A DNA stretch of 64,000 bases from the NCBI GenBank assembly GCA_964230555.1, contig CAXRIX010000178.1:141-64140 (forward strand). Direction: 5' to 3'. A program made the translations under genes and the position numbers. Each line of letters starts with the position of its first letter. Position 1 is the first letter of the stretch. The DNA comes from Bdellovibrionales bacterium. GTDB taxonomy: Bacteria > Bdellovibrionota > Bdellovibrionia > Bdellovibrionales > JAGQZY01. A model generated the notes under the pieces. The model was not told where the DNA came from. It searched no databases and worked only from the letters and a program-made list of their open reading frames with translations. Of this stretch, positions 10,156-18,582 are shown in pieces.

Positions 10156-11156
10156 AAGACGCTTTAAAAACTCCTGAATACACCGAAGCTCACTGCAAAA
10201 ATGTTTTAAAGGGTTTTGTTTTGCCCGGACTTCCTCATCCATTATTAAAGCCCGACGGGCGACCGGCTTGGAAAAAATTGCGCCAGGCCTACGATCGCGT
10301 CGCCAAAGAGGTGGAAGCTCTGAATCCCGACTTGATCTTAATTTACAGTACCTACTGGGCCAGTATTTTGGGGCACCAAATTCAAGCCTTACCCAATCCC
10401 AGTTGGACCCTTGTCGATGATGAATGGCACGACTTGGGAAGTATTCCTTACGAATTTTCAACCGATGTCGAATTTGCCAAAGCCTACAACCAAGCCAATA
10501 TTGAACGCGGCTTAAAATCGCGATTAACGGCTTATGAGGGCTTTCCCATCGATACGGGCTCTGTGGTATGCCTGAAACTTCTCGATCCGAACAACAAGTT
10601 CAAATCCTGTATTGTCTCTAGCAACATTTACTCGGACCGTGCCGAACAGATTATTTTAGGTAAGGGTGCCAAAGACGCCCTTCAAAGAACCAACAGAAAA
10701 GCTGTAGTGATTTCTATTTCCAGCCTTTCCAACCGCTATAGCATTGTTGAGCCTGAAAAATGTGAGGACGCTATATCTTCTAAAAAAGATGAAGAGTGGA
10801 ACCAAAAGTTTATTGAGTTTTTAGAAAAAGGCCGACTGGAAGATGTTTCGCAGTTGTCACGACAGTTTCACCGCGAAGCCCGCGTTACTAAAAAGGTGGT
10901 CAATTATAAGCCTTTTTGGTGGTTGGCCTCGGTGATGGGAGAGACCAATGCTTACGAGGGTGAGGTCTATGAGTACCAACCCGTACAAGGTACGGGGGCG
11001 GCCTTAATTGGCCTGACGCCCACCGCACAACCGGCGCCGGACCTAGAATTTGACGAAGACAATGTCGAAGTCTTTCAGGGCGATCGCAATGTGCTAGCTG
11101 GTGATCAAGAGGAATCGGGCGATGGTTTTGGTCGCGATGAGGAGCCATTGCAGTGA
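10152..11156 (+). CDS. LigB-like protein lacking the metal-binding histidines (non-catalytic, AmnA-like partner subunit) with an acidic C-terminal tail
   Basis: ATGA start/stop overlap with the upstream gene (an ATG at 10140 is also possible). Same fold-level layout, but the blocks read STYWAS and SSLSNR instead of SPHW and SHSLSH. Confidence 0.65.
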   Translation: MKDALKTPEYTEAHCKNVLKGFVLPGLPHPLLKPDGRPAWKKLRQAYDRVAKEVEALNPDLILIYSTYWASILGHQIQALPNPSWTLVDDEWHDLGSIPYEFSTDVEFAKAYNQANIERGLKSRLTAYEGFPIDTGSVVCLKLLDPNNKFKSCIVSSNIYSDRAEQIILGKGAKDALQRTNRKAVVISISSLSNRYSIVEPEKCEDAISSKKDEEWNQKFIEFLEKGRLEDVSQLSRQFHREARVTKKVVNYKPFWWLASVMGETNAYEGEVYEYQPVQGTGAALIGLTPTAQPAPDLEFDEDNVEVFQGDRNVLAGDQEESGDGFGRDEEPLQ

Positions 11157-12226
11157 AAGTCTATCCTTCCAGTCCTTTAGGAGAGAAAACAGATCTGCCC
11201 ACCGGTCGCGATGTAGAATGGGAACCCCTTGTCGATTTTCGACGCAATGGAGTCAGTGAAAACACCATTCATGGTGCTGTGTCGTGGTACAGCGGTGACC
11301 AGAAAATTCATGCTTGGGGTGGAAACGTTCTGTGTTACGGGCGTTCGATGATGAAGCCTTTTTATATCAAAGTGTTTGCTGAGGAATTGGCTGCAGTCAC
11401 AGACTGGAAACAAAAAGCTATTTCTTTAGCCAGTCACAACGGCACGGCTCAGCATGTGGAAGCGGCTCAAAGTTTATTGAGTGAAGGCGAGTGGGGCTTG
11501 ATGCTCACACCCTTGGATCTCCCATTGGTGCAATTTGGTCGACAAGTCCGCCGCCCGCGCCGATGGTATAACAACTCATCGGGACATCATGCGGCGATAT
11601 TAAAAGGGTGTCGACTGAAAGGCTGGAATCGGGCCGGATATACTTTACCAAATCACCCTGTGTTCAAAGCTTTCCTTGAAGTGGTCAAAGAGTATTTAGG
11701 GCCCGACTACGAAGCCAAGCGGGTTGCCCGTGATGGTGATGGCCTGCCAACAGTGGCGATGACGGTCAATGAGTTGGCTCAGTGCTATGCAAAATTAGCG
11801 CAGAAAAAACAAGAGGATTGGATTTGGGAGGCGTTCACTCGTGAACCCGATCTTATTGGTGGATTCAATCGTTTGGACACCACGGTGATTAAATCTTGCA
11901 AAGGTCGTGTCATTGCCAAAGAGGGGGCGGACGGTCTTTTGGGAATGGCGATTGAGCATCCGGATTATCCCGACGGTTTGGGTGTGGTGATTAAAATTGC
12001 CCATGGTTGGAATCCACAAGCCACTTGGTATGTGGCCCGTTCCATATTGGGTGTTTTAGGAATGGAGCTAAGAAATCCCTATCCACTGAAGAGACAAAAG
12101 GCCTTTGTGGTTCCGGGTATTGTACCGGATTCCCTAGTTTCAAAAATTGAAGAAGTACCGACTTGGGATGAGTGGGATCCCGATCATGATCGTTGGTATT
12201 TCAACTATCAAGACCATCAATGGTGA
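11153..12226 (+). CDS. asparaginase II family (Rhizobium-etli type, PF06089-like) amidohydrolase homolog
   Basis: GTGA start/stop overlap. Blocks resemble the family as I recall it: ENTIHGAV, GRSMMKPF, ASHNGTAQH, SSGHHAAILKG, YTLPNHP, DGDGLPT..YAKLA, AKEGADGLLGMAI, LGVVIKIAHG. Confidence 0.7.
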   Translation: MKVYPSSPLGEKTDLPTGRDVEWEPLVDFRRNGVSENTIHGAVSWYSGDQKIHAWGGNVLCYGRSMMKPFYIKVFAEELAAVTDWKQKAISLASHNGTAQHVEAAQSLLSEGEWGLMLTPLDLPLVQFGRQVRRPRRWYNNSSGHHAAILKGCRLKGWNRAGYTLPNHPVFKAFLEVVKEYLGPDYEAKRVARDGDGLPTVAMTVNELAQCYAKLAQKKQEDWIWEAFTREPDLIGGFNRLDTTVIKSCKGRVIAKEGADGLLGMAIEHPDYPDGLGVVIKIAHGWNPQATWYVARSILGVLGMELRNPYPLKRQKAFVVPGIVPDSLVSKIEEVPTWDEWDPDHDRWYFNYQDHQW

Positions 12227-12234
12227 GGTGAAAA

Positions 12235-12651
12235 ATGAGTCGAGTCATTAGTGAAACAGCTCCAGAGCCTGTGGGATCATACCCCCATGCCCGACGAGTG
12301 GGTGAATTTTTATTTCTCTCAGGAGTGGGGCCGCGAACTCGTGGCAGCAATTCCATTCCCGGGGTGGCCTTTGATGCTGACGGTAATGTTTTATCCCACG
12401 ACGCTGCGGCTCAGACCCATGCGGTGATTAAGAATATCGAAATGGTATTAAAGGATTCAGGCCTTGGTTTAGAAGATCTAGTCGACGTTCAGTGTTTTTT
12501 AACCAACATGGAAAGAGACTTTAAGGCTTTTAACAAAGTTTACGGTGAATACTTCTCGGTGGAGACAGGGCCCTGTCGTACCACAGTTGAGGTGGGCGCT
12601 TTGCCGACTCCGATAGCGGTTGAATTTAAAGCCATCGCAAAATTCAAATAA
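12235..12651 (+). CDS. RidA/YjgF/L-PSP family enamine-imine deaminase
   Basis: 138 aa with the typical RidA length and blocks (APEPVGSYPHA, FLSGVGP, R.TVEVGALP..AVEFKAIA). Confidence 0.85.
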   Translation: MSRVISETAPEPVGSYPHARRVGEFLFLSGVGPRTRGSNSIPGVAFDADGNVLSHDAAAQTHAVIKNIEMVLKDSGLGLEDLVDVQCFLTNMERDFKAFNKVYGEYFSVETGPCRTTVEVGALPTPIAVEFKAIAKFK

Positions 12652-13381
12652 TGGCTTGGTCGGGGACTTCGACTCGGAGGTCCTCATAGATCACACGGTA
12701 CCAAATATACTGGAAAATAAAAAAGATCGGCAGTCCGACTAAAAACAATGGCAGTACAAACAAAATAGTACTGACAATCAACAGTCCCATTAGAATCAGC
12801 ACGCCAAACGCAAAGGGTCCGATGTTTTTAATAATGCCATCAAGTGCTAGAGAAATTGTTTTTTGGTAAGGAAGATTTTGATTGAAGAAAAGAATGGGGA
12901 AGGCGACGTTCACAACCAAACTGATAGGCAGTGTGAAGAGACCAATCCATCCGAACATCACGTTGACGTAGGGAATTTGTGCGATCAATTGTGGGCCAGC
13001 GTAAGCCGCGGCTTGGATCAGCATCAGAGGCAGCATTTTTTCTAGCAAAGGGCGGTTTTTGACGGTATCGACCAGTTCATTAACATGACTTGCGTGTCCA
13101 TTTTCCCATTGTTTTGCCGCCTTTAAAAAAATCAGCGGAGACAAGGCGCTCACCAAACCACCAAGGAAAGGGCCAAGAAAAGGAATCGTTGAAAGAAAAG
13201 CCCCCAAAGCGATGAAAAAGCCGATAGTAAGAGTCAGTCCATAGTTAAACTTAGCCAGTTCCCAAGATTTTAAAATCATTGCCCAAACATCGTCGACGGT
13301 AATTCTATTGATATCATTTTCAGTCATGTTTTCATTCTCGTCGGAGGCTGCTGAGATTCCAAGATTTTTTTTGCGCCGCAA
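12644..13381 (-). CDS. hypothetical polytopic membrane protein
   Basis: 245 aa with several hydrophobic helices. Convergent with ridA, overlapping it by 8 nt. Confidence 0.55.
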   Translation of the reverse strand: MRRKKNLGISAASDENENMTENDINRITVDDVWAMILKSWELAKFNYGLTLTIGFFIALGAFLSTIPFLGPFLGGLVSALSPLIFLKAAKQWENGHASHVNELVDTVKNRPLLEKMLPLMLIQAAAYAGPQLIAQIPYVNVMFGWIGLFTLPISLVVNVAFPILFFNQNLPYQKTISLALDGIIKNIGPFAFGVLILMGLLIVSTILFVLPLFLVGLPIFFIFQYIWYRVIYEDLRVEVPDQAII

Positions 13382-13484
13382 TATTTCATCGGCATGGAAA
13401 ACAGGGAAAACTTGCCGTTTTCAAGGAAATCCATGATTGACGGGTGCTGATGTCCTGCGTAAATTTCCCTTGGGAGAGAGCCTC

Positions 13485-16160
13485 ATGAAAATATTGATAT
13501 GGATTGCCGTCTTCGCAAGCTTGGTTTCTTGCAGCTTTTTTAACTCAGAGAAACCTCCACGTGAACTGAAAGCTTTATTGACCGAAGAATACGCTCGCGA
13601 GCGCAGTGAAAATATTAGTGACGTTACCTATCAACTGAAGTTTGATCTCACCGGCGAAAAGTCATTTGCTGGAACAGCTGCCGTGCATTTTACTTTGAAA
13701 GAGAAAATGTTTCTTAGTTTGGATTTTGTCAGTGGCCAGGTCTTGGACATCACTATCAATGGTCAGCAAATCAGTTCACCTTCGTATAACGGTTTTTACA
13801 TTGAGTTGCCTGAACAGCTTTTGAAGCTTGGTAAAAATTCTGTCCTTATTAACTACACTCATGCCTACTCGAAAAATGGCGCTGGGTTTTATAAATACGT
13901 CGATGTAAAAGATAACCGAGTTTATCTCTATTCGAATTTTGAACCCTACCATGCCAACCAACTTTTTCCATGCTTCGATCAACCCGACTTAAAAGCCCGT
14001 TACACCACGCAAGTTCTCGCCCCAAAGGCATGGCATGTTATCACAGCCACCCGAGAAACCGAGAAAGTGGATAAAGGCCAATATGAGATGTGGTATTTTC
14101 CACAATCGGCGAAGTTTTCAACGTATACTTACTCTTTACATGCTGGTGAGTATGAGGTGTGGGAAGATGTTGCCAAAACAAAAAACCATGAAATTCCGTT
14201 GCGGCTGTTCGCGAGAAAATCACTGGCTTCATTTGTGAAGACAGAAGATTGGTTTACTTGGACTAAGCAAGGTTTCGATTTTTTTGAGTCTTACTATTCT
14301 TATCCTTATCCTTATGGCAAATACGACCAGGTCTTGGTGCCAGACTTCAATCACGGAGCAATGGAAAATGTTGCGGCCGTGACATTCAATGAAGATCGCT
14401 TTGTAACTAAAGGTGAAAAGACCCGTGAGCAAAGACGAAAGTTGGCAACGACATTGTTTCATGAAATGGCCCATATGTGGTTTGGAAACCTGGTGACAAT
14501 GAAATGGTGGGATGACCTTTGGTTGAACGAAAGTTTTGCAACTTACTCGTCTTATGTGGGTTTATCAGAAGTCACCGAGTTCAAAGAAGCTTGGAAGATC
14601 TTTAACAGTCGAAAGCAGCAGAGCTATCGTCAGGATCAATCGGCCACGACCCATCCCATTGCCCAGGGCTGTGCCCACACTCAAGCCGCTTTTGCCAACT
14701 TCGATTCAATCACCTACGGCAAAGGGGCTTCGGTTTTAAAGCAATTGTCGTACCTTTTGGGAGAGAAAACCTATCGCAAGGCTTTAAAAAAGTATTTTAC
14801 TGATTTCGCCACTCAGAATACGACTCTCGCGGATTTTATGGCGACAATGGAAAAAGTTTCCGGCAAACAATTGCAAAGCTGGGAACAGCGTTGGCTAAAA
14901 ACGGAAATGTTAAATCAGGTCGAAGTCTTCTTTACCTGCCAGCGTGGACGCATCGATCATTTTGAAATTTATCAAACAGGAACCCAAGAGCATCCGACGC
15001 TGCGAACTCATAAAACTCGCTTGGCCCTATTTCGGCGCAGCGGGGGGTTGTACAAGCTGAACGCCACGCAAGCTGTGGAATATTCCGGCGGGCAAACAAG
15101 GGTTAAAAAAATGGAAGGTCGTTTGTGTCCAGACATCGTCTATCCAAATTATGAGGATCACGATTATGTGGTGGTCAACTTTGATAAGAAGTCTTTGCAA
15201 AATATCGAGGCCAATTTGGTGACCTTACAAGATCCATTTATTCGAAGTGTGATTTGGTCGGATCTCTGGGCTATGGTGCTCAACCAAGAGATGAGTATGA
15301 ACCGCTATTTAGAAATTGTCGAGTTCAACGGTTTGGTAGAAAAAGACTTGGATATTTTAAGTGATATTTTTGACAACGTCGAAGTTGTTTTGAAAGAGTA
15401 CTTTCCTGACGCCGGACAACCCTGGGTTTCAAAAAGGGAAGTCTGGGTGAAGTTTTTCGAGCAGGCTATTATCACCAAGATGTACGAAAGTATCGATGAG
15501 CCAATTGTGCAAAGACATTGGTTTGGCTACTTGGTTCAGGTCGCAGAAAGTCCAAAAGTTTTGCGGCTTCTAGAGAAAGTGGTGAAAAGACATCGCTCGG
15601 GACTACCGATTAACTTTGAAGTGGGTCAGGATCTACGCTGGGATATTTTAAACACATTGGTCGCTCATAATTACAAGGGGGCGGTTAAGCTTGTGGCATC
15701 TGAACAAAAACGTGATTCGTCAAAACGAGGCGAGTTGAAAGCCCTTTTGGCGGAATCACTGGAGCCATCCCTAGAAAATAAAAAGAAAATGTTTTCGCGA
15801 TTGCTTGCTAAAAAAGAAGAGCTTAGTTTTGGAACCTTACGAACGATAATGGCCGGTCTTTTCCCATCACAACAAAAATATTTTCACAGAAAGTTTGTTG
15901 ATTCGTTTTATAAAAACCTATCTAAAATCTCAGAGAGTGGCGAAGAGTATTTTGCCTCGGAGTTTGCTGAGACCTTAGTTCCCACTTTTTGCGACCAAAA
16001 AAGTTCGACACAAATCTCCAAGTATTTGGCGGCCGAGAAAGATCTATCTTTTCCAGTCGTCAAGACTTTGCAGGCCGCTTTGTTCGAGAATCAGCGTTGT
16101 TATAAAATGCGAAAAATTCTTAAAGGCGATGATCCGGAAATGGTGGGAGCCGGTTACTAG
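13485..16160 (+). CDS. pepN: aminopeptidase N (M1 family), predicted lipoprotein
   Basis: GAMEN motif (NHGAMEN). HEMAH-N18-E zinc site (HEMAHMWFGNLVTMKWWDDLWLNESFA). ATG 13485 is preferred (GGGAGAGAG RBS, MKILIWIAVFASLVSC lipobox) over the TTG at 13437. Confidence 0.9.
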   Translation: MKILIWIAVFASLVSCSFFNSEKPPRELKALLTEEYARERSENISDVTYQLKFDLTGEKSFAGTAAVHFTLKEKMFLSLDFVSGQVLDITINGQQISSPSYNGFYIELPEQLLKLGKNSVLINYTHAYSKNGAGFYKYVDVKDNRVYLYSNFEPYHANQLFPCFDQPDLKARYTTQVLAPKAWHVITATRETEKVDKGQYEMWYFPQSAKFSTYTYSLHAGEYEVWEDVAKTKNHEIPLRLFARKSLASFVKTEDWFTWTKQGFDFFESYYSYPYPYGKYDQVLVPDFNHGAMENVAAVTFNEDRFVTKGEKTREQRRKLATTLFHEMAHMWFGNLVTMKWWDDLWLNESFATYSSYVGLSEVTEFKEAWKIFNSRKQQSYRQDQSATTHPIAQGCAHTQAAFANFDSITYGKGASVLKQLSYLLGEKTYRKALKKYFTDFATQNTTLADFMATMEKVSGKQLQSWEQRWLKTEMLNQVEVFFTCQRGRIDHFEIYQTGTQEHPTLRTHKTRLALFRRSGGLYKLNATQAVEYSGGQTRVKKMEGRLCPDIVYPNYEDHDYVVVNFDKKSLQNIEANLVTLQDPFIRSVIWSDLWAMVLNQEMSMNRYLEIVEFNGLVEKDLDILSDIFDNVEVVLKEYFPDAGQPWVSKREVWVKFFEQAIITKMYESIDEPIVQRHWFGYLVQVAESPKVLRLLEKVVKRHRSGLPINFEVGQDLRWDILNTLVAHNYKGAVKLVASEQKRDSSKRGELKALLAESLEPSLENKKKMFSRLLAKKEELSFGTLRTIMAGLFPSQQKYFHRKFVDSFYKNLSKISESGEEYFASEFAETLVPTFCDQKSSTQISKYLAAEKDLSFPVVKTLQAALFENQRCYKMRKILKGDDPEMVGAGY

Positions 16161-16612
16161 GCTTTTTTAAGCAGAGGTTTTTCCATCTGTATGATGAGAC
16201 CGGGAACGTGGGGCTTAGTCGAAACCCCGGTAATATCAAAGCCAGTTTTTAGGTTCAAAATTAACATTCCTCGGAAGCCCATGCGGGTTTTGGTTTGCAC
16301 GGCTTTGTAGCCTCTCTCCAGTAGAATTTGATGCTGCCTCTGCATCAATTGTTTGGCAAATCCCTGTTTTCGATACTGCGGATGCACACCTCCGACCCAG
16401 CTATAGAACAATTTCGATTTAAGCTCGTATCCCACTTTATAGGCCATCAATTGGGAATCCTGGTATCCTAATAGCGCCAGCAATTGCCTTTTTTGGGGAG
16501 CCTCATTAACAAAATGACCGGCACGAAAGCTGTTGGGGAAAACTTTTTTCTCTAAGTTTTCGATTTCCTGGCACTGTTCAGGGGTTAGACTCTCTAGACA
16601 TTGAATTTCCAT
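16157..16612 (-). CDS. GNAT family N-acetyltransferase
   Basis: 151 aa. Acetyl-CoA binding block VHPQYRKQGFAKQLM. Stop overlaps the pepN stop within CTAG. Confidence 0.85.
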   Translation of the reverse strand: MEIQCLESLTPEQCQEIENLEKKVFPNSFRAGHFVNEAPQKRQLLALLGYQDSQLMAYKVGYELKSKLFYSWVGGVHPQYRKQGFAKQLMQRQHQILLERGYKAVQTKTRMGFRGMLILNLKTGFDITGVSTKPHVPGLIIQMEKPLLKKA

Positions 16613-16695
16613 AGGCCTCCCTGTGACAAAGGTCCTAACGCCGTGCCACCTTATGATTCTTTGTCTGTTGAAGCCTCAATGGATAACATAGATGT

Positions 16696-17154
16696 ATGCA
16701 AAACAAACGTAAATTATCGTCGTTCCTTATCAATCCAGACTTTCAGGGAAAGTTCATTGCCATCTTTGTGATCTTTGGTTTTTTCCAGGCTTTTGTAAAT
16801 TACTATGCGATTTATTTTGCATTTAAGCAGATCCGAATTGGTATCGAAAAGTCAGAACTTCCATCGGACTCCACACTCCTTGAGCTGGTCGGGCTGCAAG
16901 AGTTTTACGTTGTCAGTTTTATTGGAGTTGCCTTCGCTATATCGTTTTTAGTTTTTGTAGTTGTTGGGTTGCGTTTTACTCACGGTGCTGCCGGCGCCCT
17001 CTACCGAATGAAAACCGAGCTGGATGCCATGAAAGCGCAGAAAGCGCTTCATCATATCACTCTTCGTAAAGGTGATTTTTTTAAAGACGTAGAAAGCGCC
17101 TTTAATGAAATGGTCGACGAAGTGGGTTCTAAAAATTCAGAAAAAGAAAATTAG
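16696..17154 (+). CDS. hypothetical membrane protein
   Basis: 152 aa with two hydrophobic helices. No family recognised. Confidence 0.5.
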   Translation: MQNKRKLSSFLINPDFQGKFIAIFVIFGFFQAFVNYYAIYFAFKQIRIGIEKSELPSDSTLLELVGLQEFYVVSFIGVAFAISFLVFVVVGLRFTHGAAGALYRMKTELDAMKAQKALHHITLRKGDFFKDVESAFNEMVDEVGSKNSEKEN

Positions 17155-17156
17155 AC

Positions 17157-17702
17157 CTACCGAAGTTTTTTGAAGATATCGGTCATGAAAGTTGTAAAAA
17201 TCTTTATTTCCTCAGAGCCGACGTTGGGCGAGTAAACAACCCCAAAATAAACAGCGAAAATTGTGTTGATTTGCGCTTTGCTGGCGGTCGGTGCGATTTG
17301 TTGGATTTTTCGATGAAAAGCTTTTTCTATTTTACTAAGGGCATCACCAATTTCATTCGGCTTTTCTCGATAATTCAAATAGAAGGCGCAGAGATAGGGC
17401 ATTCTCTCGTAAAACTGGCGAGCCTCAATCATTCCTTGTTCAAACTCTCCGCGTTTCCACATTTCCATGCGCTCTTCAGAAAGACCAATGAACTCTTCAC
17501 CAATGATGGCGACCGCGGCTTGGAGAATACTCATTTTTGAGCGACCAAAATAATAGTAGATCAACGAACGTGTGATTTTACTTTTTCTCGACAATTCGGT
17601 CATTGTCCATTTGAGGTGCCCTTTCTTAAATTCCAATTCAAGAGCGCAGTTCAAAACTTTCCAGTAAATCTCATCTTTTTTGTTTTTTTCTTCAGCGGCC
17701 AT
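17157..17702 (-). CDS. TetR/AcrR family transcriptional regulator
   Basis: 181 aa. N-terminal HTH block WTMTELSRKSKITRSLIYYYFGRSKMSIL. Confidence 0.85.
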   Translation of the reverse strand: MAAEEKNKKDEIYWKVLNCALELEFKKGHLKWTMTELSRKSKITRSLIYYYFGRSKMSILQAAVAIIGEEFIGLSEERMEMWKRGEFEQGMIEARQFYERMPYLCAFYLNYREKPNEIGDALSKIEKAFHRKIQQIAPTASKAQINTIFAVYFGVVYSPNVGSEEIKIFTTFMTDIFKKLR

Positions 17703-17832
17703 AGAAAAATGGTGTCACAGTTCTTCACAAAATCCAACGACCGGCTGGCTTGGATCAGCGACTCTGGTCCTTACATTCAAAGCCCCAAAAATCAGGGACC
17801 CAGGGATTGGTTTTCGACAGATTCCTTGATAT

Positions 17833-17902
17833 CTGTCAAAAAAACGTGTCATTTTGACAGGTTACAGGATTTACTGTCAGTGGAATCGATGGCTTTAGAC
17901 AG
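17833..17902. promoter_or_regulatory. cluster of CTGTCA/TGACAG motifs including a perfect 9-bp inverted repeat CTGTCAAAA-N10-TTTTGACAG; candidate TetR operator region
   Basis: Read directly: IR arms at 17833-17841 and 17852-17860, CTGTCAG at 17874-17880, GACAG at 17898-17902. It lies 130-200 bp upstream of the tetR start and overlaps a weak TTTAGA-N17-TTTAAT plus-strand promoter (17894-17922). Confidence 0.35.
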
Positions 17903-17928
17903 AGTATTTCAGTATCTTTAATGGTGTT

Positions 17929-18166
17929 GAAGGGGATGTTTGGGACCGAGTTTGGGGGCGGTCCGAAGCGGATCCTCAAGGTTTTGGGCCGAGTTTTTGG
18001 GGGCGGCCCAAAGCCGCATTTTAGGCTTAAGGCCCAGTTTGGGGGTGGCTTAAAGCCCAACCAACCAACGGATTGGTTTGTCGACTGACCTATTCAATAC
18101 GAGCTATCGTTCGTTTCAATTTCACTTCAATTTCAATAGCCCGCCGGAAGCGGGCTTTCTTTTTTA
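17929..18166 (+). ncRNA. candidate structured small RNA: three tandem stem-loops with a conserved loop AGTTT(TT)GGGGG and covarying stems, a fourth small hairpin, an 11-nt tandem repeat and an intrinsic terminator
   Basis: Stem-loops: GGACCG(17943-48)/CGGTCC(17959-64); GGGCCG(17986-91)/CGGCCC(18004-09); TTAAGgCC(18027-34)/GGCTTAA(18047-53). Fourth hairpin AACCAA-CGGA-TTGGTT (18063-78). Tandem TTCAATTTCAc/TTCAATTTCAa (18115-36). The 5' end is only inferred from the weak promoter. Confidence 0.4.
18138..18166 (+). terminator. rho-independent terminator
   Basis: AGCCCGC-CGGAA-GCGGGCT followed by TTCTTTTTT. The U-tract is on the plus strand only. Confidence 0.75.
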
Positions 18167-18206
18167 AAGCTTCCAACAAAATCCAAATTGAAAAGCAAAA
18201 ACGAGA

Positions 18207-18446
18207 CTATTTTTTTGCTTTTTTGTCTTTCTTATCTTTTTTGGGATCCTGGCCTCGCGCTTTGCGAGTCATGGCCTCAACCCTTTTGAGAGCGGCATCA
18301 GCTTCAGCCTTGGGATTGGGTTTGCTAGTGGATGAATCTTTTTCTTTGGTTTTTTTCACGCCGGCATGATCGTCATGATGAGCTGAAAATGCGGGCTGTG
18401 ACAGGCCAAAAATAAATGGCAATGTAATAAGTAGGTTGCGAATCAT
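18207..18446 (-). CDS. small secreted lysine-rich protein
   Basis: 79 aa. GGGGGAA RBS. Signal peptide ..GLSQPAFS|AHHDDH. Basic tail KKDKKDKKAKK. Confidence 0.55.
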   Translation of the reverse strand: MIRNLLITLPFIFGLSQPAFSAHHDDHAGVKKTKEKDSSTSKPNPKAEADAALKRVEAMTRKARGQDPKKDKKDKKAKK

Positions 18447-18582
18447 AAATTCCCCCGGTCCTAAATTAAATCCTCATCTTTTATTTTAAAACACAATGCC
18501 AAGGGTCTCTAGATTTGCATCCAAGTGGATCATTTTGAGACTGTCGCTGTCGAAAAGTTGATATTAGGAAACGAATTTGACG

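Noticed and set aside
9958-10461. 167-aa ORF antisense to the LigB-type genes
   Set aside because: It overlaps two motif-supported genes entirely on the opposite strand, with no RBS or recognisable domain. The same reasoning applies to antisense ORFs 6554..6991, 18846..19352, 26004..26474, 27025..27537, 34130..34573, 45424..45849, 49143..49586, 56595..57029 and 60271..60762.
17836-18060. 74-aa minus-strand ORF with three FGPPP repeats, and an untracked 55-aa plus-strand ORF (17921..18088, MVLKGMFGTEFGGGPKRILKVLGRVFGGGPKPHFRLKAQFGGGLKPNQPTDWFVD) with three FGGG(P/L)K repeats
   Set aside because: Both merely translate the tandem hairpin repeat. The repeat units differ by indels, so the conserved 5' arm is read in different frames (GTE versus LGR) while nucleotide identity and base-pairing are kept. 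No Shine-Dalgarno precedes either start. Nucleic-acid-level conservation fits better than a peptide. The plus-strand peptide is kept only as an alternative in the finding.
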